Source: Chiloscyllium plagiosum (Eukaryota). Taken from it: DNA of 48,088 bases. Both the position numbers and the translations under genes were made by a program. Where the stretch lies: the NCBI RefSeq assembly GCF_004010195.1, contig NC_057718.1:9198700-9246787 (forward strand). The letters run 5' to 3'. The notes beneath the pieces were generated by a model that was not told the DNA's origin, searched no databases, and saw only the letters and a list, made by a program, of their open reading frames with translations. Of the stretch, positions 22,446 through 34,817 are shown one piece after another. Numbering within the stretch: position 1 is the first letter of the stretch; each line of letters starts with the position of its first letter.

Positions 22446-23329
22446 AGGAGTTGGCCATTTAGGACTCAGAAACAGTGACATCTTTTGCCTGGAAGAATTG
22501 TGGATCTTTGACATTCACTGCCACAGAGAGCTACGGATATATTCAAATCAGAGATGAATAGATGTTTGAGAACCAAAGGAATTAATGGATATGTGGATCA
22601 CATGAGCAGGTAGAGTTGAGATGAACAAAAATCTTATCGATTGCAAAGCAGCCTCTATGTATCAGAAGTTCCTCATGCAGAATGAATCAAACAAAACCTC
22701 AGAATGTCGCTAATGTCGGTGCAGTGTTCACCCACCCGCTGTGGACAGATATCACAGCAACAATTCATTCGCCTTGTTCCTTTTAACAACAGCCACAAGT
22801 TATATTCATATAGCACCTTTGGGAGGTGAAGCGTGAATGTTGTTTTACAGGAGAGTTACCAAACTAAATTTGACATTAAAAGCCACATTACAGCAGGTGA
22901 CTGTCAGCTTGGTCACAGGGATACGTATTAAGCTGTGTATTAAGGAGGAGGAGAGAGAAGTACATGGGTCGAGTGAAGGTCATCTCTCTGTCTTTGGTAA
23001 AGAAAGCATTTTGGATTTTTGCTATATATTTTACTTCATATTAATTCATTTTTTTTTCAGGGGATGTAAGTATCACCAGCTGGGGCGGCATGAATTGCCA
23101 ATTCCTATCCCTGAGGGGGAATGTTTTCACATAAAGGGTGGTGCATATATGGAACGAGCCACCAGAGAAGAGGCACAGTTACATTTCAAAGACAGGTACG
23201 TGGACAGGAAAAAGTTCAGAGACATATGGGCCAAATGCAGGAAAATGAGACTGGTTCAGTTAAGGAAACCAGATCAGCATGCATGAGTTGGGCCGAAGGG
23301 CCTGTTATTGTGTTAGATGACTCTCTTTG

Positions 23330-23550
23330 CCCTTGAGAAGGCAGTAGCGAGCTGCCCTCTTGAGCCACTGAGGTCCATGTGGTGTGAGAACACCCAGAAC
23401 ACTGTCAGACAGAGAGTTCCATGATTTTGACGCGGCAACAATGAAGGAACAATGACATATTTCCATGTCTGGAGGGTGAGTAGCTTGGAGGGGAACTTGC
23501 AGGGGGTGACACTGCCGTATCTCTGCTGCCCTTGTCCTGCTGTGTTGTGG
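23330..23550 (-). mobile_element. 3' end of the second (CR1/L2-group) LINE family
   Basis: Reverse complement of ~34390-34605. Confidence 0.75.
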
Positions 23551-24138
23551 AACTAGCAGCTTGCATGAATTTTGTCCATCATGTCCTAATATGTCCATCT
23601 AGCAATCGCAATAGGTTTCACAAATTCCCCTTGGACAATGTTGTCAACCCTATTGCTGTCTGTACAACATTGTGCCAATTCCCAGTTGACTCAAGTCCTT
23701 GGCATGAAATGCTCGTGGTTCCACCCCAATTCGAACTATGTTACAGAGGCCACTTCTACTGCTGGACCTGAGATGACATTTAAATATCACATGGTTGCAG
23801 TAGGTGGAGCTTTTCAAAGGCAGCCATCAGGAAATGTTTGATCGGATAGAGAGCATCTGGTCAGTCCTATATTTGGCTCAGGTCCATCGACCGCCGAACT
23901 AACAATTTGCAGTTACGCAATGAAGATGCTTTGGAATATCACCTTGGTTTGACCTATTGCTGGACTTGGGGATAAGGCATAACTGGGAATTTGTGGTCAG
24001 GGCAATTCCCATGTTGGCCAACTAAGGAAGAACTTACATTTGCCTAATACTCTTTGTGACTCCAGGACATCCCAAAGAACGTTATGGCCAATGCCTTTTG
24101 AAGTTTGGTCACAGTCACAACGCAAGAAACATAACAGT

Positions 24139-26430
24139 TATAGAGTCATAGAGATGTACAGCACAGAAACAGACTCTTCAGTCAAACCCGTCCATGCCAG
24201 ATATCCCAACCCAATCTAGTCCCACTTGCTAGCACCTGGCCCATATCCCTCCAAACCCTTCCTATTCATATATCCATCCAAATGCCTTTTAAATGTTGCA
24301 ATTGAACCAGCCTCCACCACTTCCTCTGGCAGCTCATTCCATACACACACCACCCTCTGAATGAAAGTAATTGCCCCTTAGGTCTCTTTTATATCTTTCC
24401 CCTCTCACCCTAAATCTATGCCCTCTAGTTCAGGACTCCCCCACTCCAGGGAAAAGACTTTGTCTATTTATCCTATCCATGCCCCTCATAATTTTGTAAA
24501 CCTCTATAAGGTCACCCCTCAGCCTCCGACGCTCCAGGGAAAACAGCCCCAGCCTCTTCAGCCTCTCCCTGTAGCTCAAATCCTCCAACCCTGGCAGCAT
24601 CCTTGTAAATCTTTTCTGAACCCTTTCAAGTTTCACAACATCTTTCCGATAGGATGGAGACCAGAATTGCACACAATGTTCCAACAGTGGCCTAACCAAT
24701 GTCCTCTACTGTCGCAACATGACCTCCCAACTCCTGTACTCAATACTCTGGCCAATAAAGGAAAGCATACCAAGCGCCTTCTTCACTATCCTATCTACCT
24801 GAGACTTCACTGTCAAAGAGCTATGAACCTGCACTCCAAGGTCTCTTTGTTCAGCAATACTCCTTGGGACTTTACCATTAAGTCTATAAGTCCTGCTAAG
24901 ATTTGCTTCCCCAAAATGCAGCATCTCACATTTATCTGAATTAAACTCCATCTGCCATTTCTCAGCCCATTGGCCCATCTGGTCCAGATCCTGTTGTAAT
25001 CTGAGGTAACCTTCTTCGCAGTCCACTACACCTCCAATTTTGGTGTCATCTGCAAAATTACTAACTGTACCTCTTATGTCTCACATCCAAATCATTTATG
25101 TAAATGACAAAAATAGAGGACCTAGCACCGATACTTGTGGTACACCACTGGTCACAAGCCTCCAGTCTGAAAACTAACCCTCCACCACTACCCTATCTTC
25201 TACCTTTGAGCCAGTTCTGTATCCAAATGGCTAGTTCTCCCTGTATTCCGTGAGATCTAATCTTGCTAATCAGTCTCCTATGGGGAACCTTGTTGAACGC
25301 CTTACTGAAGTCCATATAGATCACATCTACCGCTCTGCCCTCATCAATCTTCTTTGTTACTTCCTCAAAAAAACCCAATCAAGTTTGTAAGACATGATTT
25401 CCCACGTACAAAGCCATGTTGACTATCCCTAATTAGTCCTTGCCTTTCCAAATACATGTACATCCTGACCCTCAGGATTCCCTCCAACAACGTGCCCTCC
25501 ACCGACGCCAGGTTCACTGGTCTATAGTTCCCTGGCTTGTCCTTATCATCCTTCTTAAACAGTGGTAATATGTTATCCAACCTCCAGTCTTCCAGCACCT
25601 CACCTGTGACTATTGACGATACAAATATCTCAGCAATCACTTCTCTAGCTTCCCACAGAGTTAATGGGTACACCTGATCAGGTCCTGGGGATTTATCCAC
25701 CTTTACCCTTTTCAAGATATCCAGCACTTCCTCCTCTGTAATATGGACATTTTGTAAGATGTCACCATCTATTTCCCTACAGTTTACATCTTCCATATCC
25801 TTTTCCGCAGTAAATACTGATGCAAGATACTCATTTAGTTTCTCCCCCATTTTCTGCAGCTCCTCACAAAGACCCCCTTGCTGACCTTTGAAGGGCCGTA
25901 TTCTCTACCTAATTACCCTTTTGTCTTTAATGTATTGGTAAAAACTCTTTGGATTCTCCTTAATTCTATTTGCCAAAACTATCTCATGTCCCCTTTTTGT
26001 CCTCCTGATTTCCCTCTTAAGTATACTCATACTGTCTTTATACTCTTCTAAGGATTCACTCGATTGATCCTGTCTATACCTGACATATGCTTCTTTCTTT
26101 TTCTTAACCAAACCCCCAATTTCTTTAGTCATCCAGCATTCCCTATACCTACCAGCCTTTCCTTTCACCCTGACAGGAATATACTTTCTAATAGAATTAT
26201 GGTCGCTGGCCCCAAAGTGCTCCCCCACTGACACCTCAGTCACCTGCCCTGCCTTATTTCCCAAGAGTAGGTCAAGTTTTGCACCTTCTCTAGTAGGTAC
26301 ATCCACATACTGAATCAGAAAATTGTCTTGTGAGCACTTAACAAATTCCTCTCCATTTAAACCGTTCACACTATAGCAGTCCTAGTCTATGTTTGGAAAG
26401 TTAAAATCCCCTACCATAACCACCCTATTG
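24139..26430 (-). mobile_element. CR1 LINE, 5'-truncated with internal deletion (APE end plus RT)
   Basis: GDFN, SDHN, KSPGPD, QHGF, DFSKAFN and RRLRGDLI motifs; tail at ~24140; highly similar to 2183-4910. Confidence 0.93.
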
Positions 26431-26675
26431 TGCATGGCAGGATCCCACAGACTACAATGAACTAACAACCAGATAATTCAGAAGGAGAACTAAGTAAAAC
26501 CTGTGATTGATTCATACTGGTCCAACTTGTTTTGTCAGCCTCATAACACCCCTCCAGTAAAACCAATATGATCTTTTCCAAATATTACCTTTGTTTTTCA
26601 ATGTTTTTTCCCTCTGGGTGGAGGAGGGTCAACAGACAGAAATTCTGGAATCTGTCTCATTTCTGTCTCAAATAT

Positions 26676-27280
26676 TGTCATCACATCCAGGATATCTCTG
26701 CAGGGGTTCCGCACGGTAATGTCCTCGGCCCAACTGTACTATTTGTAATGAAGTCAGTCAGGTGGACCTCAAAGAATATGAGTTCTCTAATTGGGGAGTT
26801 AATCTGGCCCAATCAAGGAGCCCTGGCTGACAGATCGAAACTGGAGTGGTCCCTACCCTCCCTTTCACCTTTTTGATCATGCAGCATTGCCCTTTGATGT
26901 GAAGAGCACTGCTTGTCATCGGCATTCAGGTATTTCCTTTCTTCCTGGTGGTGGATCATAAATAAGGTTTTATGCGCTCGTTCATTCACCGTGTCTTACA
27001 CCTGCATGCACACAACGTGGGTGCTGGGGGGGATGAAAATATAAACAGGAGTGTCCGAGGTTCTGTTCACTCTGAGAGCTGGCTCTGAGGGAGCTGGGTC
27101 GGTGTCAAAGGGCTCTCCACACGTAAATAAAGGGGGGCTTGGTGACCAGATACCGACCTCTGTGGAGTTACTTCACCAACCATCTTCAGCTGCTTCATCA
27201 ATGATCTTCCCCCCACCATAAGGTCAGGAGTGTTCACCGATAATTGCACAATGTTCAGTACCATTTGCGACTCCTCAGAC
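26676..27280 (+). mobile_element. RT fragment of the second LINE family, split by a solo LTR
   Basis: ISAGVPHGNVLGP|TIFSCFINDLP matches 33350-33505. Confidence 0.8.
26735..27175 (+). mobile_element. Solo LTR (441 bp)
   Basis: TG...CA termini, 5-bp TSD CCAAC (26730-26734, 27176-27180), TATAAA near 27040 and AATAAA near 27126. Confidence 0.8.
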
Positions 27281-27413
27281 CATCAATAATCACATGAATT
27301 AATAAAAGAAATAAAATTAATTGAGTGTGCTTGCAACCTTGTTGACACACCTTATTTTCTTTTTTTTTGGTCTTGTGATTTTTTTGCTAAAGAGATAACT
27401 TTGGTCTCGAATG

Positions 27414-27550
27414 TGAAATAGCTCCACAGCAGTTGGTATACCATCACCAAGTCACCCATGTCTTTACACTTGCATCGTACTTGGCACTGCTCCAGCTTCG
27501 TCAGAGCCAGCTCTCAGAGTGATCAGAACCTTTGACACTCTTTTTTATTT
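27414..27550 (-). repeat. Inverted partial copy of the same LTR family
   Basis: Diverged reverse complement of ~27045-27175. Confidence 0.7.
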
Positions 27551-27574
27551 TCCAAGATGAGTTCCCAATCTCAT

Positions 27575-27985
27575 ATTCATGCAGACGTCCCATTTCAAAT
27601 TGTCTCAGTTCACCTGCCACTCAAACTATTATTTCTCAATCTTTTGTTCTCTTTTGCCTTGACTATTCCAACAGACTCCCAATATCCACCCTTTGCAAAC
27701 TTGAGATCATCCAAAATCCTATGCCTCTATCTTTACTCAGACCAAATCTGTTCCCCCATCACATCTCCTCCTGCGCTGTGGTTTCGCAGTCAGGCAATAT
27801 CTTAATTCTAAAATTCTCATCCTTGTTTTTCCAATTCCTCCTTGACATTTCCCCTTCCAGATTCCTGTAATCTCCTCCAGCCTCACAACCTTCTGAGGTA
27901 CCTGTGCCCATCTCACCCTGCCCTGGTTTTAATTGGCCCATTATTGATGGCCTTGCCTTCAGTTGCCTGGGCTCTAACCTCCAAC
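27575..27985 (+). mobile_element. L2 LINE 3' coding remnant (tail resumes ~28645-28840)
   Basis: LDYSN..L..LEIIQN motif typical of the L2 RT C-terminus. Confidence 0.65.
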
Positions 27986-28146
27986 ATTATCTGTTTTCAC
28001 AAAGGGGTTTGATATAATTCTTCGGGCTAAAGGGATCAAAGAGTACGGAGAGAAAGCAGGAAGAGGGTATTGAGTTGGATGATCAGCCATGATCGTATTG
28101 AATGGGGGAGCATTCTCGAAGAGCTGAATGGCCTGATCCTACTTTA

Positions 28147-28525
28147 ACATAGAACATAGAACATAGAACATAGAACATTACAGCACAGTACAGGCCCTTC
28201 GGCCCTCGATGTTGCGCCGCCCTGTCATACCAATCTGAAGCCCATCCCACCTACACTATTCCATGTACGTCCATATGCCTGTCCAATGACGACTTAAATG
28301 CACTTAAACTTGGCGAATCTACTACCGTGGCAGGCAAAGCATTCCATACCCTTACTACTCTCTGAGTAAAGAAACTACCTCTGACATCTGTCTTATACCT
28401 ATCTCCCCTCACTTTAAAGTTGTGTTCCCTCGTGTTTGCTGTCCCCATACTTGGAAGAAGGCTCGCCCTGTCCACTCTATCTAACCCTCTGATTATCTTG
28501 TATGTCTCTATTAAGTCACCTCTCT
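28147..28525 (-). mobile_element. CR1 3' fragment
   Basis: (ATAGAAC)n tail; RGDLIETYKIIRG..VRVWNALP. Confidence 0.88.
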
Positions 28526-28545
28526 CTTGCGAAAAACACAGCCAC

Positions 28546-28617
28546 CTCCCCAGCAGGGAACTGAACACCAGTCTCCCATGTGACAGGAAGGGATACTAAC
28601 CACTATACTACCGAGGA
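28546..28617 (-). tRNA. tRNA-Asp(GTC) pseudogene
   Basis: Minus strand TCCTCGGTAGTATAGTGGTTAGTATCCCTTCCTGTCACATGGGAGACTGGTGTTCAGTTCCCTGCTGGGGAG aligns without gaps to the vertebrate tRNA-Asp(GTC) (72 nt). Anticodon stem and T-arm are disrupted. No CCA; a T5 run lies about 10 nt downstream. Confidence 0.88.
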
Positions 28618-29681
28618 GAAGGCACTTCCTGTGCTTCTATGTTTCTCCCCAAAACTCTCCCCTTCTCTCTCCTCTTTGAGAAGTTCCTTAAGACCCCACC
28701 TCATGGACCAAGCTCATAGACATCGGCTTTGACATCTCCTAAAGAGTTCAATGGCTACTTTTGGCTCATAACACTCCTGTGAGGTAGCGTTTGGGGACAT
28801 TCATAACAGTAAAGCTTCGATATAAATATTCATTATTGTTCTTAACGGCAAAAGTCCTCCCGAACTGAACCATAGCTGATTAGGGAGCTATGGTTCATGA
28901 AGTTCACTACTCCATCTCATTCTCCTTCCCAATAATGGCATTAGGGTATTCCAACTACATTCTAGTGAGATGTGAGCAAGGACATGCTGAATAATGATGC
29001 TTTTCCCTATTAAAATTGACAGAGAGAGAGAGATATCAACCTGTTAAGTGATGTTATTGCACACCCCTGGTGTAGATGGGATTTGAAACTAGGCTGCAGG
29101 ATGCTCAGAGGTAGAGATACGACCACTGCTCTACAAGAATCACCATTGCATCTTCCCAGGTTGCCTTCCATCCAAGTACAAGCCAGACATGTATCTTTTA
29201 ATAGGCCTTTATAAAAACAAATTAAAAATAAAAGCGAACCTATCTTTGAGCATAGGAGTTGGGACATCATGTTGAGATTGTCCCGAACGTTGGTGAGACC
29301 TCTTCTGGAATACTGTGTCCAGTTCTGGTCGCCCTGTTACAGGAAGGAGAGTATTAAACTGGAGAGGGTTCAGAAGGGATTTACCAGGATGTTGCCAGGA
29401 ATTGTGGGTTTAAATTATAAGGACAGGCTGGATAGGCTGGGAATTTTTCACTGGAGCGTAGGAAGTTGGGAGATGACCTAATAGAGATTTATAAAGTCAT
29501 GAGCAGTACATATCAAGTGAATGACAAGTGCCTTTTCCCTCGAGTGGGGGATTTCATGACTTGGGAGTGTATTTTTAAGGTGAGAGGAGAAAGATTTAAG
29601 AAAGATATGAGGGACAACCATTTTACACAGAGGGTGGTTTGTGTGTGGAATGAACTTCTGGAGGAAGTGATGGATGCGGGC

Positions 29682-30021
29682 ACAAAATGTACTCTGGGTG
29701 GAGCATTCCAATTTCACCATCGAGAGTGGCTCGGTAGCAGTACTACTGGCTGGGTCCTAAAGGGCATAGCTCCTAGACTGGGTCTGCAGCCGGTGGTGAG
29801 GGAACCAACACGAGTGAAAAACATACCTGACCTCATCCTCACCAATCTGTCGGCTGCCGATTCATCTGTCCGTGACAGTATCGGTAAGAGCGACCAGCGC
29901 ACAGTCCTTGTGGAGACAAAGTCCTGCCTTCACATTGAGAATAACCTCCATTGTGTTGTGTGGCACTATCACCATGCTAAATGGGACAGACTTCACACAG
30001 ATCTAGCAACTCAAGACTGGG
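29682..30021 (+). mobile_element. Internal APE fragment of the second LINE family
   Basis: Highly similar to ~31945-32260 (QPVVREPTR..DLILTN, WHYHHAKWD). Confidence 0.85.
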
Positions 30022-30165
30022 CAGGTTTAAAAGATATTTACTAAGTACATGAATAAGAAATGTTTGGAGGGATATGGGCCAAGTGCAGGCAGGTGGGACT
30101 AGTTTAGTTTGGGAACATGGTCAGCATGGACTGGTTGAACCGAAGGGTCGATTTCCATGCTATAT

Positions 30166-30460
30166 AGGTGGCACAGTTGCTCAGTGGTTAGCACTACCGT
30201 CTCACAGCAACAGGGTCCTAGGTTCAATTCCAGCCTTGGGTGACTGTCTGTGTGGAGTTTGCACATTCTCCCTGTGCCTGTGTGGGGATGCTCCGGTTTC
30301 CTCCCACAGTCCAAAGATGTGCAGGTCAGGTGAATTGACCATGGGAACTTGCCCATAGTGTTAGGTGCATTAGTTAGAGGGAAATGGGTCTGAGTGGGTT
30401 ACTCTTCAGAGGCTTGGTTGGGCCGAAGGGCCTGTTTCCACGCTGTAGGGAGTCTAATTT
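30166..30460 (+). mobile_element. HE1-type SINE
   Basis: A/B boxes, V-domain, tail. Confidence 0.9.
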
Positions 30461-30799
30461 AAGTGACTCTGTGCCTGTTAAAATGTATCTTAGGTAATTC
30501 TGAAGTAATAGGCGGAAAGACTTTTCACACTTGCCTTGAGTGCAAAGAGCCCTGTCATTTATTTAAAAGGTTTACTGAGTTAAGCGGCCTGACCTCTTCT
30601 TTAATCCTATAATATCTAACCACTTGTTTTACAGCAGTAAGATCATAAGAGATGGATGAATTGCAAACATTTGCTGCTGTACCGAGAAGGCGTTATAAGG
30701 ACAGAAGACATATAGTATGTCCTACATCATAAATTTTAAGAAGCTTTTTGAAACAGAGAGCAATAGAACGGTGGAGAGTTACAGTGACTTCATTATATA

Positions 30800-31600
30800 C
30801 CGAGGCTTACTGTCTTAAGCAGCTGACATGATTCCCACTTGTGTTTCCAGATCCCGTCGCGATCTCTCCTCTCCCCATCACTGTAATCTCCTCCAACAGC
30901 ACAACCCTCGAGATATCTGAGCTTCTCAAATCCCGGCCTTTTGAGCATGCCCACACCAACCCAGACCCACGCTCTTGAATTCCCTCGATAAACACATTCT
31001 TTGTCTCCTTCTGCCTCATTCAAACCTAAAGAAGCTCAACACCAATCCAGGGCATTGGCATCACACCCACAAACACGCACTCCCTCCACCACCCGATGCT
31101 CAGTAGCACCAGTGTGTACCATCTACAAGATGCTCAGCAGAAATTAACCAAAGATCCTCAGACAGCACCTTCCGAACCCACAACCGCTTCCAACTTGAAG
31201 GACAAGGGCAGCAAATACATGGGAACACCATCAACTGCAAGCTCCCCTCCAAGCCACTCCTGACTTGGAAATATATCGCCTTTCCTTCACTGTCGCTGGG
31301 TCAAAATCCCCCCTCAATGGCCTACTCGCTGCACATGGACTGCAGTGGTTCAAGAAGGCTCACCACCACCTTCTCAAGGGCAACTAGGGACGAGCAATAA
31401 ATCCTGGCCCATCCAGCGACACCCATGTCCAACAAATGAATAATTAGGAAAGTTTACTCTTTGACCAGGATCTTGACTATCTAAACTGACATCTCCTGAT
31501 ATAACTCGGCATCATAGCTTGTTTTATAAAGTTCCTGCAAAGTGCTTTGGTGCAGTTTATGACATTTAAGGTGCTATATAAATGCAGATTATTGTTATTG
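30800..31600 (+). mobile_element. L2 3' remnant with a nested 3' end of the second LINE family (~31035-31445)
   Basis: L2-type tail GGTGCTATATAAATGCAGATTATTGTTATTG at ~31570-31600; the nested part matches ~34210-34645. Confidence 0.65.
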
Positions 31601-31839
31601 ATCGACCTATTCACGTACTCGTTGTTTCGGCAAGATTCTTACCAGGAGAGACTTTTCCAGGAAATCACATTGCAACATGAATGTAATTCTTTCGCATTTC
31701 AAGGAATAAGTTCTGGCTAAAAATGTAACTAGGTTGAGGAATACCAAGTTCTAAACCTTCCCAATTATTCATTGAAACACACGGCACTCTGCAGAAATTT
31801 CCCAGAGAAAGTTGCAACAACCTACATTTATATAAACGT

Positions 31840-34650
31840 ACAGGAAACCTCCTGCTGATTACCATGTTCCATCCTCCCTCAGCTGATGAACTGGTACTCC
31901 CCCAGGTTGAACAATATTTGGAGGAAGCACTGAGGATAGCAAGGGCACAAAGTGTACTCTGGGTGGGGCATTCCAATTTCACCATCGAGAGTGGCTCGGT
32001 AGCAGCACTACTGATCGAGCTGGCTGGGTCCTAAAGGGCATGGCTCCTAGACTGGGTCTGCAGCAGGTGGTGAGGGAACCAACAAGAGGGAAAAACATAC
32101 CTGACCTCATCCTCACCAAGCTGCGGATTCGTCTGTCCATGACAGTATCGGTAAGAGCGACCACACATAGTTCTTGTGGAGACAAAGTCCTGCCTTCACA
32201 TTGTGTTGTGTGGCACTATCACCATGCTAAATGGGACAGATCTAGCAACTCAGGCGTGGGCATCCATGAGGCACTGTGGGACATCAACAGCAGCAGAACT
32301 GTACTCCAGTACAGCCTGTAACCTCATGACCCGACATATTCCCCACTCAACCATTACCATCAAGCCAGGGGATCAACCCTGGTTCAATGGAGAGTGCAGG
32401 AGGGTATACCAGCAGCAGCATACCTGAAGATGAGGTGTCAACCTGATGAAACTACCAAACAGGATTACTTGCATGCCAAACACCATAAGTAGCAAATGAT
32501 AGACAGAGCTAAGCGATCCCACAACTAACAGATCAGATCTAAGCTCTTCAGCCCTGCTACATCCAGCCAGTAATAGTAGTGGGCAATTGAACTACTCACT
32601 GGAAGTGGAGGCTCCACAACTATCTCCATTCTTAACATTGGGAGATCCCAGCACATCAGTGCAAAAGGCTGAAGCTCTCGCAGCAATCTGCAGCCAGACG
32701 TGCTGAGTGGATGATCCATCTCAGCCTCCTCCAGTGGTCCCCTGCATCACTAATATCAGTCTTCAGCCAATTTGATTCAGTCCACATGATATCAATAAGT
32801 AGTTGGAGGCACTGGATACTGCAAAGGCTATGAGTCCTGACAACATTTCAGCAATAGTACTGAGGACTTGTGCTCCAGAACCTGCCACTCCACAAGCCAA
32901 GCCATTCCAGTACAGTTACAACACTGACATCTAACCACAATGTGGAAAATTGCCCAGGTTTGTCCTGTACATAAAAAGCAGGTCAAATCCAATCCGGCCC
33001 ATCACCATGCCATCAGTCTAATCTCAATCATCAGTAAAGTGGTGAAAGATGTCATCAACTGTGCTATCAAGCAGCACCTTCTCAGCAATAACCTGCTCAG
33101 TGACGCCCAGTTTGGGTTCCACCAGGGTCACTCAGCTCCTGACCGCATTCCAGCCTTGGTTCAAACATGGACAAAGGAGCTGAATTCCAGAGAGGAGGGG
33201 AGAGTGACAGCCCTTGACATCAAGGCTGCATTCAACTGGGTGTGGCATCAAGGAGCCCTGGCAAAACTGGAATCAATGGGTATCTGGGGGCAAATTCTCC
33301 AGTGGTTGGAGTAATAACTGACACAGAGGAAGCTGGTTATTGGAGGTCAGTCATCCAAGACATTTCTGCTGGAGTTCCTCACGGTAGTGTCCAAGGAAAA
33401 AACCATCTTCAGCTGCTTCATCAATGACCTTCCCTCCATCATAAGGTCAGAAGTGATGTTCGCCGGTGATTGCACAATGTTCAGCACCATTTCTGACTCC
33501 TCAGATACTGAAGCATTGTCTGTTCAAATGTAACAAGATCTGGACAATCTCCAGGCTTGGGCTGACAAGTGACAAGTAACATTCACGCCACACAAATGCC
33601 AAGCTATGACCATCACCAATAATAGACAATCTAACCACTGACCTTTGACAATCAATGGTGTTACCATCACTGAGTGTCCCACTATCAATACCCCGGGGGC
33701 TCCCATTGACCAGAAACACATTGGACTCACCACAACTGGGCGGTATGGTGGCTCAGTGCTGTATTGCTGTCCCACAGCTCCTGGGAGCCGGCTTCGATTC
33801 CAGCCTTGGGCGAAGGTGTGGCATTTGCACTTTCTCCCTGTGTCTGTGTGAGTCTCCTCCAGGTCCTCTGATTTCCTCCCACAGTCCAAAGATGTGCAGG
33901 TCAGGTGAATTGGCCATGCTAAATTGCCCATAGTGTTAGGCACATTAGTCAGAGGGAAATGGGTCTGAGTGGGTTTCTCTTCAGAGGGTCAGTGTGGATT
34001 TGTTGGGCCAAACAGCCTGTTCCCACACTGTAGGGAATCAAATCTAAGAACACAGTGGCGACAAGAGCAGGTCAGAGGCTGGGAATACTGCAGTGAGTAA
34101 CTCACTTTCTAACTCCTCAAAGCCCATCCACCATCTACAAGGCACAAGTCAGGAGTGTGATGGAATACTCCCCACTTGCCCTGGATGGGTGCAGCTCCAA
34201 CAATACTCAAGAAGCTTGACACCATCCAGGACCAAGCAGCTCACTTGATTGGTACCACATCCACAAACATCCACTCCCTCCACCACCGACACCCAATAGC
34301 TGCAGTGTGTGCCATCTACCTGATGCACTGCAGAAATTCACTGAAGATCCTCAGTCAGCATCTTCCAAACCCATGACCACTTCCAACTAGAATGACAAGG
34401 GCAGCAGAAACTTGCAAACAGCTTTCCCTGCAAGTTCCCCTCCAAGCAAAATGCCATCCTGACTTGGAAATGTATCGCTGTTCCTTCATTGTCACTTGGT
34501 CAAAATCCTAGAATTCCCTTTCTAATGACGTTGTGGGTCAACCCACAGCAGGTGGACTGCAGCGGTTCAAGAAGGCAGTTCACCGCCACCTTCTCAAGGG
34601 GCAACTAGGGACAGACCATAAATACGGGTACAGCTGGTGATGCCCATGTC
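31840..34650 (+). mobile_element. Second LINE family (CR1/L2 group, possibly Zenon/Crack-like), degenerate ORF2 APE-RT plus 3' UTR
   Basis: EPTRGKNIPDLILT, QPWFN, WKIAQVCPVHKK, AQFGF, ALDIKAAF, SAGVP.GS, INDLP; many stops; ATGAATAA-type tail. Confidence 0.88.
33738..34046 (+). mobile_element. HE1-type SINE nested in the LINE
   Basis: A/B boxes, V-domain, tail. Confidence 0.88.
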
Positions 34651-34817
34651 CTAATAAATGAATAAACAAATATAACTTCTTTCTTGAACTCTGAATGCCT
34701 CAATGTGCTTTACAGCTAATTATCTATTTTTGAGACTTAAGTGCTGTGGTAACCCAGGAAGCATGGCAGCAAATTGTGCACAGCAAGCTCCCACAGACAG
34801 TGACATGTCACATTGAC

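Larger units (their letters stand above)
29245..30472 (+). mobile_element. CR1 3' fragment with two nested inserts
   Basis: LEYCVQFWSP..; interrupted by 29682-30021 and by the HE1 SINE at 30166-30460. Confidence 0.85.

Noticed and set aside
24418..24939. 173-aa plus-strand ORF, and similar ORFs at 9413, 15132 and 35184
   Set aside because: Antisense shadows of CR1 ORF2.
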